A stretch of DNA of 64,000 nucleotides, taken from assembly GCA_943787595.1 (NCBI GenBank), contig CALSNA010000002.1, positions 310,467 through 374,466 on the forward strand, read 5' to 3'. A model generated the notes under the pieces. It saw nothing but the letters and a program-made list of their open reading frames with translations, was not told where the DNA came from and made no database searches. Of the stretch, positions 47,678 through 58,316 are shown one piece after another (within the stretch, counting starts at the first letter, position 1; the number at the start of each line of letters is the position of its first letter). Source of the DNA: an uncultured Pseudomonadales bacterium (GTDB lineage Bacteria > Pseudomonadota > Gammaproteobacteria > Pseudomonadales > Balneatricaceae). The translations under genes and the position numbers were made by a program.

Positions 47678-48280
47678 TCAACTGGATAATGGTACTAGAT
47701 TATGCCAATTTTTTAATATCAGGACTAAGCGTATATTAGATCCAGTAATTTGGATCTTGTAAGGCATGAGTAGACCATCTACTGGTCGTAACTGTTTGTA
47801 ATCCACGACCCAACCAGCCTGCATAATGCGGGTAATCTGTCTCTGTTGGTTATAATCCACTACAGCGTGGCTATCTGGCCCAGGCAAACCAGTTACCCAA
47901 TAAGTCAAATAGTCTAAGGGAAAGGACCAGCCAAACTGTTGTTCAAATAGGCGTGTCGCACTAGTATCACTAATCTGACCCTGGTTGTCGGTGGCTGTTA
48001 TCAGGCCATCACTTCCAACAATATGTAATTTGTGACTACCAAAAGGGTTGCTGAGCAGCAAATCAAATGAGTTGAGTCGCTGACGCCAGCTTAATAAGCC
48101 ACTGTAGCTATTGTTATTAGTATAGATAGCAAGCTTTCCTTGAACATCCCATTGCTGTATCTGTTGCAGTTTACTGTGTAACTGAGGAGCACTTAAGTTG
48201 TGTGTGACAACGGTTTGGTTGCTGCAACCAACAACCAAACCGATCAGTAATAAAAACCAAAAAAGGGACTGGCTAGTCAT
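47678..48280 (-). CDS. lolB: Outer-membrane lipoprotein LolB
   Basis: Lipobox LIGLVVGCS, with WDVQGKLAIYTNNNSYSGLLSWRQ and LLSNPFG motifs. It sits between the TPR gene and prs. Start placed at ATG 48280 (MTSQSLF), overlapping the TPR stop. Confidence 0.8.
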   Translation of the reverse strand: MTSQSLFWFLLLIGLVVGCSNQTVVTHNLSAPQLHSKLQQIQQWDVQGKLAIYTNNNSYSGLLSWRQRLNSFDLLLSNPFGSHKLHIVGSDGLITATDNQGQISDTSATRLFEQQFGWSFPLDYLTYWVTGLPGPDSHAVVDYNQQRQITRIMQAGWVVDYKQLRPVDGLLMPYKIQITGSNIRLVLILKNWHNLVPLSS

Positions 48281-50066
48281 TAGGAAATTGCCGCCGGGCA
48301 TCAGTAATTGCTTGTTGAATAAATGTATTTTCTGGATCCTGTTGCAAGATCTGGTTCCATGCCGCGTAAGCACCGCGCGCATCACCCAAAGCCCAGCGCA
48401 CAACGCCTAGATGGGCGGCAATTTCAGCATCTGGATTACTGTCAAAAGCTTGCTGTAGATAAACCAGAGCCTGTTGATAGTCACCTTGTTTGTAATGTAA
48501 CCAGCCCAAACTATCAATAGTAGCTGGATCTGATGGGTTGATTTGGTAGGCTTTTAAGATCAGTTGCCGGGCTTCCGGCAGGCGGTCAGTACGTTCAGCC
48601 AAAGTGTAGCCCAATGCATTGAGCGCAACTGCATGATCAGGTTGAAGCTCGATAATACGACGTAAATCGATTTCCAATTGCTGCAGTTTATCTGTACGCG
48701 CAGCCAACATTGCTCGACCATAAAGTAATGCAATATCATCCGGATGATTATTTAGCCCAGCATTATAAACCATAGTAGCAGCAATGATATTCTTCTGACC
48801 CAGATTAATATCAGCCTCAAGATAATACAGTTCCGCACTAGCTTGAGATAACGCCAATCGGCGCTGGGCAAAGAATGCAGTAACATTGCCATCAGCATTA
48901 TCTTGCAAGTGCAACTGCAATAGTTCCCGTTGACTGTCCATGAACCTTGCACCACTATCCACCCTAAGGAAATGCTGCCTAGCGATTTGGGTCTGATTTA
49001 GCAACAAAAAGCTGCGGCCCATGAAATAGTGGAGGTTAGAATCATCATAACCATGACGTAATACCGTAGCAAAATATTCGAGCGCCTCATGGGGCATATT
49101 CAATTTCAGACTAATCACACCAGCCATGTAATGTGAGTTGGTATCATTAGGATGATCAATGAGCAGTCGCTGAAAAACTTCGAGAGCCGGTTCCAATTGG
49201 CCCGCTTGAAGCAGCAATTGCCCATAGGGCACAAGCAATCCGGGCGATGCCTGCTGCAACGATTGTAGCTGATGCTTCAGAAAGGTTAGAGCTTCTTGCG
49301 TGCGTTGTTGTTGGCGCAGTAGTTTTACCTGCAATAACTGAGCTGGACGGTAACCGGCAGTGGTAGCCAATGCCTGGCTTATGGCCATTTGGGCCGCATT
49401 CAGGTTATTCTGTGCATAGTAGATTAAGGCTAGGCCATACGCAATCTCTGAGCGATGGGAATATCTCCCAAGCAAGCTATGGTATGCAGTGATCAATTTG
49501 TCCTGCTGAGCCTGATCAGCATTCAAGCTAGTCTCAGCAACTGCAACCAGCCCAGCCCCACCACCATACTCTAATTCCTGCTGTAAAGCATTGAGTGCTA
49601 CCTTGAACTTCCCTTGCCGCGCTAAGGCTAGAGCCAAGTATTGATAAGCCACAGGGTTAGTTGGAGCCAAACCAACCCAAAACTCACCACTATCGCTCAT
49701 TAAACGAGCGTCCCGGGATAACTGGGCTACATAAGCAGCACGCCTTGCAACATCAACACTCCGGGTTAACCGGGCCGCATAGATTAGTTGGCGAGCAGCC
49801 ACATTGGGAAGCTTGCGGCGTAACGCGAGCTCACCCTGCAATAGTGGCAGTAAGGTGCCATCAGGAAACGGCTGAACCACGACTGGAATAGGAGGGGGTG
49901 TCGCTAATTTAGGGTCCGCATTAGCCTGAATGACCATGATGCCAGATGCCACCAAAAGCACAAATACAAGCAGACTGACTGACTTGTCAGCAATACCAAG
50001 ACAGACTACACCTATGGTTGCCAGTCGGTTGGTTAGGGCATTTCTGTCGACAGTATTTTGATCCAT
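48273..50066 (-). CDS. Tetratricopeptide-repeat protein (conserved neighbour upstream of lolB)
   Basis: 597 aa with an N-terminal TM/signal segment and many TPR-like A/L/Y-rich 34-residue repeats. Same position as the TPR gene between hemA and lolB in Pseudomonas. Confidence 0.8.
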   Translation of the reverse strand: MDQNTVDRNALTNRLATIGVVCLGIADKSVSLLVFVLLVASGIMVIQANADPKLATPPPIPVVVQPFPDGTLLPLLQGELALRRKLPNVAARQLIYAARLTRSVDVARRAAYVAQLSRDARLMSDSGEFWVGLAPTNPVAYQYLALALARQGKFKVALNALQQELEYGGGAGLVAVAETSLNADQAQQDKLITAYHSLLGRYSHRSEIAYGLALIYYAQNNLNAAQMAISQALATTAGYRPAQLLQVKLLRQQQRTQEALTFLKHQLQSLQQASPGLLVPYGQLLLQAGQLEPALEVFQRLLIDHPNDTNSHYMAGVISLKLNMPHEALEYFATVLRHGYDDSNLHYFMGRSFLLLNQTQIARQHFLRVDSGARFMDSQRELLQLHLQDNADGNVTAFFAQRRLALSQASAELYYLEADINLGQKNIIAATMVYNAGLNNHPDDIALLYGRAMLAARTDKLQQLEIDLRRIIELQPDHAVALNALGYTLAERTDRLPEARQLILKAYQINPSDPATIDSLGWLHYKQGDYQQALVYLQQAFDSNPDAEIAAHLGVVRWALGDARGAYAAWNQILQQDPENTFIQQAITDARRQFPND

Positions 50067-50501
50067 AGCGCGAGCTGCAATTGAGACATGTTAAAGACCA
50101 TTGGTCCTTTTTGCTGTTTAATTCATATACTATAAAATGTTGCTATATATTATTTACACCGCATTAAACACTGTAACTGATCATTTCGATTCTGGCCAGA
50201 GGCAACTGCCACTGTAACAAGCTACACTGAATCTTACAGTGTAAAGTTACAAACTCAAAGCTATGGTTTAACAACCCATTATTGGTCACTCATTGCTGCA
50301 AAACACGTGTTGATAACTATCTTCATAAAACCCTTATTAAAAACGCAAACAATGAGTACTGCCAAGTTATAACGATGATCTTTTTTTAAGATTGAGTGTA
50401 ATGGATCGATTCAGGGTATAATATTCTCTATTATAAATAAATTTGATCTTTGGCAAGCATTTATCGCCAGCTCAATTGACGAGCTATTTTGTTTTGTTCT
50501 C

Positions 50502-51785
50502 ATGACTCTTTTTGTATTTGGCATCAACCACACAACTGCATCAGTAGCTGTACGCGAGCAAGTAACACTTGCTCCGCAGCAAACTGCACAAGCCTTACGC
50601 AGGCTGATTGCTGAAACCGCAATTGCTGAGGCAGTAATTTTGTCCACCTGCAACCGCATGGAAGTGTATGGTTTTATACCTGATGACGCTGTAGGCAATC
50701 CTGATCCAGCATTCATCACAGCACAATGGCTAACCAAATTTCACCAGTTATCAGCAGTAACATTACTGCAACAGCATGGCTACTGTTACCAGCAAGAGCA
50801 TGCCGTACGACATGCCATACGCGTTGGTAGCGGACTAGACTCGATGGTACTAGGCGAAGCACAAATCTTGGGACAACTGAAATTAGCATATGCACAAAGT
50901 CAACAGCACATGACGGTATCAGGTCAGCTGACGCGCCTATTCCAGCATACATTTAATGCTGCCAAGCAGATACGCAACACAACTAACATTGGTGCAAATC
51001 CTGTATCCGTGGCCTTCGCAGCAGTGCGTATGGCACGACAGATTTTTACTGATCTGGGACAGCAGAAAGCCTTGCTGATAGGTGCAGGAAAAACCATAGA
51101 GCTGGTCGGACGCCACCTACACGAAGCTGGACTCAAGCAGATTATCGTGGCCAATCGAACCCTAAATCGAGCTCAAGAACTGGCGTTCAAGATTGATGCC
51201 ACCTGTGTGTTATTAGCACAAATTCCAGATCAACTGCCAAAGGTTGACATCGTTATTTCATCCACAGCTAGCCAACTGCCTATCTTAGGTAAAGGATTAG
51301 TAGAACGTGCTCTGCGCCAACGTCGCCATCAACCTATGTTAATGGTCGATATCGCAGTGCCTCGCGATATCGAAGCAGAGGTTAATGATTTAGAAAACGT
51401 ATATCTATATACAGTAGATGATTTGAAGGATGTTGTTGATAACAATATCAAGGCACGCAAGCAAGCGGCAGATACAGCTGAATTAATCGTTAATAATCAG
51501 GTAGACACTTTCTTATCTAGCCTCCGAGCTTTGAATGCAGTTGACCTAATCAGAGCTTATCGTAGCAAAATGGAAAGATTGCGGGATACTGAAGTAGCTA
51601 ATAGCATGCATCGACTTAACCAAGGCGAAGATGCAGCTAAGTTATTACAAATGCTGGGTCGTAATTTAACCAATAAAATCATCCATCTGCCGACCGTACA
51701 ACTGAGAAAAAGCTGTGTGGATGAAGAGTTGGAAAACTTGCGGCTGATACAACAAATATTTGAACTTGAAGACTTAGTCCCATGA
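50502..51785 (+). CDS. hemA: Glutamyl-tRNA reductase
   Basis: [31 protein letters not shown] (catalytic Cys), [13 protein letters not shown] (NADPH site). Confidence 0.93.
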   Translation: MTLFVFGINHTTASVAVREQVTLAPQQTAQALRRLIAETAIAEAVILSTCNRMEVYGFIPDDAVGNPDPAFITAQWLTKFHQLSAVTLLQQHGYCYQQEHAVRHAIRVGSGLDSMVLGEAQILGQLKLAYAQSQQHMTVSGQLTRLFQHTFNAAKQIRNTTNIGANPVSVAFAAVRMARQIFTDLGQQKALLIGAGKTIELVGRHLHEAGLKQIIVANRTLNRAQELAFKIDATCVLLAQIPDQLPKVDIVISSTASQLPILGKGLVERALRQRRHQPMLMVDIAVPRDIEAEVNDLENVYLYTVDDLKDVVDNNIKARKQAADTAELIVNNQVDTFLSSLRALNAVDLIRAYRSKMERLRDTEVANSMHRLNQGEDAAKLLQMLGRNLTNKIIHLPTVQLRKSCVDEELENLRLIQQIFELEDLVP

Positions 51786-52876
51786 ATCCATCTATATTGG
51801 CTAAACTGGATCAGTTACAAGATCGTTACCAGGAACTGGAAGCTTTATTAGGTGACGCTGAAACTATTACTGACCAAAACAAGTTTCGCGCTTACTCAAG
51901 GGAATACTCTGAACTTGAAGACACCGTTAAAGTTTACCGTGGATATCGCCAGTTAGAACAAGATATCGCTGATACTGAACTATTACTGGTGGAAAACGAT
52001 GCAGACATTCGTGCCTTGGCTGCTGAAGAAATAGAGACCTGCCGTGAGCGTTTTGAACAATTGTCACTGCAATTACAAAAATTGCTATTACCCAAAGATC
52101 CCAATGATAGTCATAATACCTTTATAGAAATTCGTGCCGGGACCGGAGGAGATGAAGCTGCTATTTTTGCTGGTGATCTGTATCGCATGTATTCACGTTA
52201 TGCTGAAACTATGGGTTGGCGGGTGGAAATGATCAGCACCAGCTTAGGTGAACATGGTGGTTATAAAGAAATTATTTCCCGCATAGTGGGAAAGGACGTC
52301 TATTCCCGGCTTAAATTCGAATCTGGTGTGCATAGAGTACAACGGGTGCCTGAAACCGAATCCCAGGGACGTATCCATACCTCAGCATGCACGGTAGCTG
52401 TAATGCCAGAACTGGATGCAATATCAGACGTAGATATCCACAAGACTGACCTGCGGATTGATACCTTTCGAGCCTCCGGTGCCGGGGGTCAACATGTCAA
52501 TAAAACCGATTCGGCTATTCGCATTACGCACCTGCCGACTGGTTTAGTGGTTGAATGTCAAGACGAACGGTCACAACATAAAAACAAAGCCAAGGCCATG
52601 TCTCTGCTGGCCAGTAAACTGGTATCCAGCGCACAAGAAAAACAGGCTGCTGAACGAGCTGATACCCGTAAGAGCCTAGTGGGTAGTGGTGACCGCTCAG
52701 AACGTATCCGTACTTATAATTATCCACAGGGCCGAGTTACAGATCATCGTATCAGCCTGACACTGTATCGACTGCCAGAAATTATGGTAGGCGATATCAA
52801 TTGTATATTGGAACCACTGATCAATGAGTACCAGGCCGGACAACTGGCAGAGTTGAGTCGCTACAACGCACTTTAA
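51782..52876 (+). CDS. prfA: Peptide chain release factor 1
   Basis: PET tripeptide region ([14 protein letters not shown]) and GGQ motif ([14 protein letters not shown]). Overlaps the hemA stop by 4 nt. Confidence 0.95.
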   Translation: MNPSILAKLDQLQDRYQELEALLGDAETITDQNKFRAYSREYSELEDTVKVYRGYRQLEQDIADTELLLVENDADIRALAAEEIETCRERFEQLSLQLQKLLLPKDPNDSHNTFIEIRAGTGGDEAAIFAGDLYRMYSRYAETMGWRVEMISTSLGEHGGYKEIISRIVGKDVYSRLKFESGVHRVQRVPETESQGRIHTSACTVAVMPELDAISDVDIHKTDLRIDTFRASGAGGQHVNKTDSAIRITHLPTGLVVECQDERSQHKNKAKAMSLLASKLVSSAQEKQAAERADTRKSLVGSGDRSERIRTYNYPQGRVTDHRISLTLYRLPEIMVGDINCILEPLINEYQAGQLAELSRYNAL

Positions 52877-53727
52877 TGCTTACCACAACCATGACCATAG
52901 CTGCTGCTTTACAACAAGGCCGCCAACAGTTATTTGCATCGCACAGCCCCGCCATTGATGCTGAAAGATTGCTGATGCAGGTGATAGAATGTGAGCGCAC
53001 AGCTTTACATACCTGGCCTGAACGCCGTCTGGAAATGACTGCGCAAGTAGCATATATGAACTTGCTAAAACGACGCCAAAAAGGTGAACCAATAGCCTAT
53101 ATTACTGGTCAGCAAGGGTTTTGGGATCTGCAGTTAGAAGTAACACCAGACACTCTAATACCACGACCAGAAACGGAGTTACTGGTAGAAATAGCGCTTA
53201 CCCTGGTCGAGTCAACCTCAGCTCGGGTGGTAGATTTAGGCACTGGCACCGGCGCGATCGCTTTAGCACTAGCTAAAGAACGACCGGGCTGGCAAATAGA
53301 GGGCATTGAACAAATTGCCTCAGTGGTAGAACTAGCACAACGTAATGGCAATCGGAACCAGTTACAGGTTTGCTTTAAACAAGGCAATTGGTGTGCTGGC
53401 CTGCAACCAGGCGTTAACCTGTTGGTCAGTAATCCACCTTACCTTGACCCACAAGATCCACACTTACAACAAGGTGATGTACGCTTTGAACCAACCAGTG
53501 CCCTGATTGCTGGATCACAAGGCATGGCAGCAATCAACATCATTGCTCGTCAAGCAAGTCAAATACTGCACAATGAAGGCTGGCTAGCCTTTGAGCATGG
53601 ATTTCAGCAAGGTGAAGGGAGTCGCGAGCTCCTGCAGCAACTGGGTTACCGACAGGTCGTCAGTCACCGAGATCTGGCGGGGCATGAACGAGTCACTGTG
53701 GGCCAGAAACCGATTGTAGGAGAATAA
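52876..53727 (+). CDS. prmC: Release-factor glutamine N5-methyltransferase PrmC (HemK)
   Basis: SAM motif VVDLGTGTGAIAL and catalytic NPPY (LLVSNPPYL). Confidence 0.92.
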   Translation: MLTTTMTIAAALQQGRQQLFASHSPAIDAERLLMQVIECERTALHTWPERRLEMTAQVAYMNLLKRRQKGEPIAYITGQQGFWDLQLEVTPDTLIPRPETELLVEIALTLVESTSARVVDLGTGTGAIALALAKERPGWQIEGIEQIASVVELAQRNGNRNQLQVCFKQGNWCAGLQPGVNLLVSNPPYLDPQDPHLQQGDVRFEPTSALIAGSQGMAAINIIARQASQILHNEGWLAFEHGFQQGEGSRELLQQLGYRQVVSHRDLAGHERVTVGQKPIVGE

Positions 53728-53731
53728 CTTC

Positions 53732-54481
53732 TTGCAGGATAAACACTTATTACGCTATAGCAGACAGATTATGCTGCCTGAATTCGACTATATCGGACAA
53801 GCTAGTCTGCTGAAAACCCGGATACTGATAGTTGGTCTAGGCGGATTAGGCTGTCCCGTAGCCTTGTATCTGGCAGCTGCCGGGATCGGTGAGTTGGTAC
53901 TGGTGGATGATGACCAGGTTGACAAGACCAATCTGCAACGCCAGATAGCACACACAGAAGCTGCAGTGGATACCCCCAAGGCGATTTCAGCTGCCACAGC
54001 AATCAAACGTATTAACAGCGATACCAAAGTTAGCAGTATAGCTTGCCGGCTGGAAGGCGATTTATTATATCAGCAAGTCAAACAAGCTGATTTAGTGATG
54101 GACTGTAGCGACAACATCACTACCCGTGTTGCCCTTAATAAAGCTTGTATCAAAGAACGTAAACCCTGGGTCTCTGGAGCAGCTGTTCGCTTTGAAGGCC
54201 ACGTCACCGTATTTGATCCACGCCAACCAGAGTCACCTTGCTACCAGTGCCTTTATGGTATAATAAGAGAAGTGAGCTTTACTTGTACTGATAATGGCGT
54301 CATTGGGCCTCTGGTAGGTATCATCGGTAGCACCCAGGCCCTGGAGGCTGTGAAGTTACTAACAGAGGTAGGGGAACCTCTTACCGGTCGTTTACTATTA
54401 TTGGATGGTAAGGTCATGCAATGGCGTAGTTTTGCTTTACCGCGCAATCCAAAATGTCCAGGGTGTGCTGGGATGACCTAA
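53732..54481 (+). CDS. moeB: ThiF/MoeB-family adenylyltransferase (molybdopterin-synthase adenylyltransferase-like)
   Basis: RYSRQIMLPEF, GLGGLGCPVALYLAAAGIG, NLQRQ, and two CxxC pairs (CYQC, CPGC). Confidence 0.85.
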   Translation: MQDKHLLRYSRQIMLPEFDYIGQASLLKTRILIVGLGGLGCPVALYLAAAGIGELVLVDDDQVDKTNLQRQIAHTEAAVDTPKAISAATAIKRINSDTKVSSIACRLEGDLLYQQVKQADLVMDCSDNITTRVALNKACIKERKPWVSGAAVRFEGHVTVFDPRQPESPCYQCLYGIIREVSFTCTDNGVIGPLVGIIGSTQALEAVKLLTEVGEPLTGRLLLLDGKVMQWRSFALPRNPKCPGCAGMT

Positions 54482-54745
54482 TCTGTAGATGCAATAAAAA
54501 TTAAATCCTACCCTGTTTCCAACTAACCATCCAGTCTCACGCCCAGCTAGCCAGTAATTAGCGCAGATTTGGACTATTGCACAACACCCAAGCGGGTTTT
54601 ATACTCCCAAGATAAATTACAAGTGCCTCAGCGTCAGTTGGCACACTGATCACCGTGTCGCTTCAACTATAGTTTATCATCACAATGCTGCATAAAAAGA
54701 TAACCAAAGACATTTAAGTTTAACTCTTTAGATCAGGAAAATTAC

Positions 54746-55759
54746 ATGAACAGGATTTTACGACTGCTAAGCACTGTGCTAGTGGCCACTCTGGTATTCG
54801 CCATACCGGCACAAGCAGAGCAACGCACTCTCACTGTGTACACTTACGACGCCTTTACTTCAGATTGGGGTATGGCGTCTGTAATTACACCACTGTTTGA
54901 AAAAAGGTGTAATTGTAGCCTAAAGTTTGTTTCCATGGACACATCTGTTGGCATTCTCAACCGTGTCAGGCTGGAAGGGCACTATAGCCAAGCTGATCTG
55001 GTACTTGGTTTGGACATGAATCTGATTGAAGCCGCTAAAGCAACTGGAATGTTAGCCACGCACCAAGTGGATACCTCAACCCTAACCCTACCAATAACTT
55101 GGAATGATCCAGTTTTCGTACCTTTTGACTATGGTTATTTTGCGTTTGTGTATAATACGGAACAGCTGCCCAACCCACCTCGTAGCCTGCAAGAGCTGGT
55201 GGCAGCCAATAAGGATCTGAAGGTAATTATCCAAGATCCACGAACCAGTACACCAGGCCTGGGTCTGATGTTGTGGATGAAGAGTGTCTATGGCAACCAG
55301 GCAGGTGCTGCATGGACACAGTTATCCAATAATATCCTCGCCACTACGAAGAATTGGAGTGAAGCATATTTTTCCCTATTTATGGCCGGAGAAGCGCCGT
55401 TGGTACTCAGTTACAGCACCTCACCAGCCTATCATATGGCTATCGAAAATAACCATCAGTATCAGGCTATAGCGTTTGACGAAGGCCACTACTTACAGGT
55501 TGAAGTAGCCGCTGTACTCAAAGATGCACCTAACCCAGATCTGGCCCACCAGTTTCTGGAATTTATGGTATCACCACAATTCCAGCAAGCGGTACCATTG
55601 ACTAATGTGATGTATCCAGTGATTGACCTAGGAGATGCGCTACCAGCAGAATTTGACCAGTTAATCAAGCCTGCTAAGGTGCTGCAACTGGATCAGAATG
55701 AGGTGGCACACCAGCGCCAGAAGTGGGTAGCCGAATGGCTGGAAGCCATGAGTCACTGA
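54746..55759 (+). CDS. thiB: Thiamine ABC transporter periplasmic binding protein
   Basis: LTVYTYDAFTSDWG, FVPFDYGYFAFVYN, DPRTSTPGLGLMLWM, LVLSYSTSPAYH and GHYLQVEVAA are colinear with E. coli TbpA/ThiB. Confidence 0.92.
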   Translation: MNRILRLLSTVLVATLVFAIPAQAEQRTLTVYTYDAFTSDWGMASVITPLFEKRCNCSLKFVSMDTSVGILNRVRLEGHYSQADLVLGLDMNLIEAAKATGMLATHQVDTSTLTLPITWNDPVFVPFDYGYFAFVYNTEQLPNPPRSLQELVAANKDLKVIIQDPRTSTPGLGLMLWMKSVYGNQAGAAWTQLSNNILATTKNWSEAYFSLFMAGEAPLVLSYSTSPAYHMAIENNHQYQAIAFDEGHYLQVEVAAVLKDAPNPDLAHQFLEFMVSPQFQQAVPLTNVMYPVIDLGDALPAEFDQLIKPAKVLQLDQNEVAHQRQKWVAEWLEAMSH

Positions 55760-55769
55760 TGATCATTCC

Positions 55770-57437
55770 ATGCTAAGCCTATACAGAATTTATATAGGCA
55801 ACAACATCCAGAAATTCTGGATGGCATTTAGCATTAGAATTGGACTTGCCGGTCATGGGTGGTGGCTGTTGAGTCTGGCGAGCCTGGCCGTGGTGCTAGT
55901 GCCAATAATAGTAGCTTTAGGCACACTGCTCTGGCACAGTCAAACGTTGATGTTTCGCAATCTGACGGATGTTTATATTTGGAGGGTAGTGTGGTTTTCC
56001 TGGCTACAAGCTAGCATTTCAACACTGCTAAGTCTGCTGCTAGCCATACCCATTGCCAGGGCTTTAGCCCGACGTCAGCACTTTGCTGGGCGGAGCCTGT
56101 TGTTACGTTGCTTTAGCCTGGCACTAGTAGTGCCTACTCTGGTTGCCGTACATGGAATGATCTTGCTGCATGGTCATCAAGGCTGGATCAACCAGTTGAT
56201 GATCTCCTTGAATAGCAGTGGTTATCATTATCTTTATGGTTTGGGAGGTATTCTGTTAGCGCATGTCTTTTTTAATATGCCGCTGGCGGCACGCATTGTG
56301 TTGCAACGGTTAGAAACAATAGCGCCTGAAACCTGGCGTCTGGCCAGCCAATTAGGTCTGTCATCCAAGGACATCTGGAAGCACATTGAATGGCCCCACT
56401 TACGTACTGTATTGCTGCCCCTGACAGGGCTAATTTTTACGCTCTGCTTTACCAGTTTTGCAATTGTTATGACTTTGGGCGGCGGCCCCCAAGCCACTAC
56501 CCTAGAGGTAGCAATTTACCAGGCACTAAGATTTGCGTTTGACTTAGATCAAGCTGTCCTGCTTAGCCTGCTGCAACTAGTATGCTGCGGTCTTATACTC
56601 TGGGTGGGGCTACGCTTAGGGCGACCACTACAATTGTGTCCCAGCACCCAACAACGCTGCCAACGACCTGACTTACACAGCGTGGCTGGACGTATATTCG
56701 ATGGCTGGATGCTGTTCCTGGCAGTGCTTTTAGTACTATTACCATTATTGGCCATTGTGGTAAATGGTAGCAATGACTACTGGCACGTTGTGTTGGATGA
56801 TAAGCGTCTGTGGTATGCAGCTGGCAACAGTCTGTGGATAGCACTGAACAGCGCCTTATTGACAGTCATACTGGCCATGGGACTGTTACTGGCACGGCGT
56901 CATCTACAACTGCGCCTGGGTTGGCATCGGGCAGCAACTGCTCTGGAGTGGAGTGGCTCAGTGATTTTGGCATTCCCGCCACTGGTATTAGGCGCCGGGC
57001 TGTTCTTGGCACTACGCAGCTGGACTGATGTATTTGCCCTGAGTCTATATCTGGTGGTCCTAGTCAACACCTTGATGGGACTGCCTTTCGCACTGCACAT
57101 ACTATCAGCACCTTATCTACAACTGGCACGTCAATATGATCGTTTGTGTAGTAGTCTGGGATTAGCTGGGTGGCACCGGTTCCGTTTACTGGAATGGCCT
57201 CGTTTACGACACCCCCTGGCATTCAGCCTGGCATTGACAGCGGCAATGTCAGCAGGTGATTTAGGGGTAATTGCTTTATTTGGCACCCCGGATGTATCCA
57301 CTCTCCCACTCTTGATGTACCAGCGGTTGGGCAGTTATCAGGGTGAAGCAGCCAGTGTCACAGCCCTAGTGCTATTGGGTCTGTGTCTGGGCCTATTTAT
57401 AGTGTTGGAACTAGGTTTGAGGGGAAAGCATGATTGA
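55770..57437 (+). CDS. thiP: Thiamine ABC transporter permease
   Basis: About 12-TM duplicated ABC permease located between thiB and thiQ. The start is uncertain. Confidence 0.85.
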   Translation: MLSLYRIYIGNNIQKFWMAFSIRIGLAGHGWWLLSLASLAVVLVPIIVALGTLLWHSQTLMFRNLTDVYIWRVVWFSWLQASISTLLSLLLAIPIARALARRQHFAGRSLLLRCFSLALVVPTLVAVHGMILLHGHQGWINQLMISLNSSGYHYLYGLGGILLAHVFFNMPLAARIVLQRLETIAPETWRLASQLGLSSKDIWKHIEWPHLRTVLLPLTGLIFTLCFTSFAIVMTLGGGPQATTLEVAIYQALRFAFDLDQAVLLSLLQLVCCGLILWVGLRLGRPLQLCPSTQQRCQRPDLHSVAGRIFDGWMLFLAVLLVLLPLLAIVVNGSNDYWHVVLDDKRLWYAAGNSLWIALNSALLTVILAMGLLLARRHLQLRLGWHRAATALEWSGSVILAFPPLVLGAGLFLALRSWTDVFALSLYLVVLVNTLMGLPFALHILSAPYLQLARQYDRLCSSLGLAGWHRFRLLEWPRLRHPLAFSLALTAAMSAGDLGVIALFGTPDVSTLPLLMYQRLGSYQGEAASVTALVLLGLCLGLFIVLELGLRGKHD

Positions 57438-58158
57438 TCTGCAAGGCGTGGTCTGTTGCATCGGTGACCAACAGTTTCATTTTGAATTGCAGTTGCCAGC
57501 AGGACAGTGTATTGCCGTGATGGGTGCCAGTGGCACTGGCAAATCTACTCTACTCAACCTGATAGCTGGTTTTGAGACTATCAGAGACGGCAAACTAATT
57601 CTGAATGGGTGTAATTCAACTCATCTCACACCCAAACAAAGGCCAGTTACCAGCCTATTTCAGGAACATAATTTATTTAGTCACCTGAGTGTGTTTGATA
57701 ACGTGGGATTAGGCCTGCATCCGGGCTTGCGACTAAGCCAGCTACAACGAGTGCAAGTTAATGAAGCACTAGCACAAGTGGGCTTAGCCGGGTTTGGAAA
57801 ACGACTACCAGAGACATTATCCGGCGGCGAGCGTCAGCGAGTTGCCTTAGCCCGTAGTTTAGTAAGACGTCGGCCTATTTTGTTGCTGGACGAGCCGTTC
57901 AACGCCCTTGATCCAGCTCGGCGCCAAGATATGCTTAAGTTGATGGACCAATTGCGCCGCTCCAAAGGACTGACGGTTATGCTCGTGACTCACGAACCCA
58001 AGGATGCCGTAGCCATTGCACAACAAATTGTATTTCTACATCAGCGCCAAATCTATCTTAAGGGCACGGTAATGGAGGTATTGGCTAGTCAAAAAGCAGC
58101 TCTATTAGATTATTTGGCGCACCCTGTAATACCGAACAGCCATCATACGATAGTCTGA
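57430..58158 (+). CDS. thiQ: Thiamine ABC transporter ATP-binding protein
   Basis: Walker A GASGTGKSTLLN, signature LSGGERQRVALAR, Walker B ILLLDEPF. Confidence 0.9.
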   Translation: MIDLQGVVCCIGDQQFHFELQLPAGQCIAVMGASGTGKSTLLNLIAGFETIRDGKLILNGCNSTHLTPKQRPVTSLFQEHNLFSHLSVFDNVGLGLHPGLRLSQLQRVQVNEALAQVGLAGFGKRLPETLSGGERQRVALARSLVRRRPILLLDEPFNALDPARRQDMLKLMDQLRRSKGLTVMLVTHEPKDAVAIAQQIVFLHQRQIYLKGTVMEVLASQKAALLDYLAHPVIPNSHHTIV

Positions 58159-58316
58159 TCAATTAAACCGCCATCGTACTTATGGTATAATTAAGATGTA
58201 TCATAGACACACTAATTCGAATATTAAAATAAGTAGCTAATTCAGATATGTTGCTGCAACCGTTGTATCTTCAATAAGATAATTCCATGACCACACGCTT
58301 CCAGTGCCAACCTGCC

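Noticed and set aside
54482-54745. Expected TPP (THI-box) riboswitch upstream of thiB
   Set aside because: I looked for the CTGAGA / ACCTGATCTGGATAATGCCAGCG-type core and did not find it on either strand. An Infernal scan with RF00059 would settle this.
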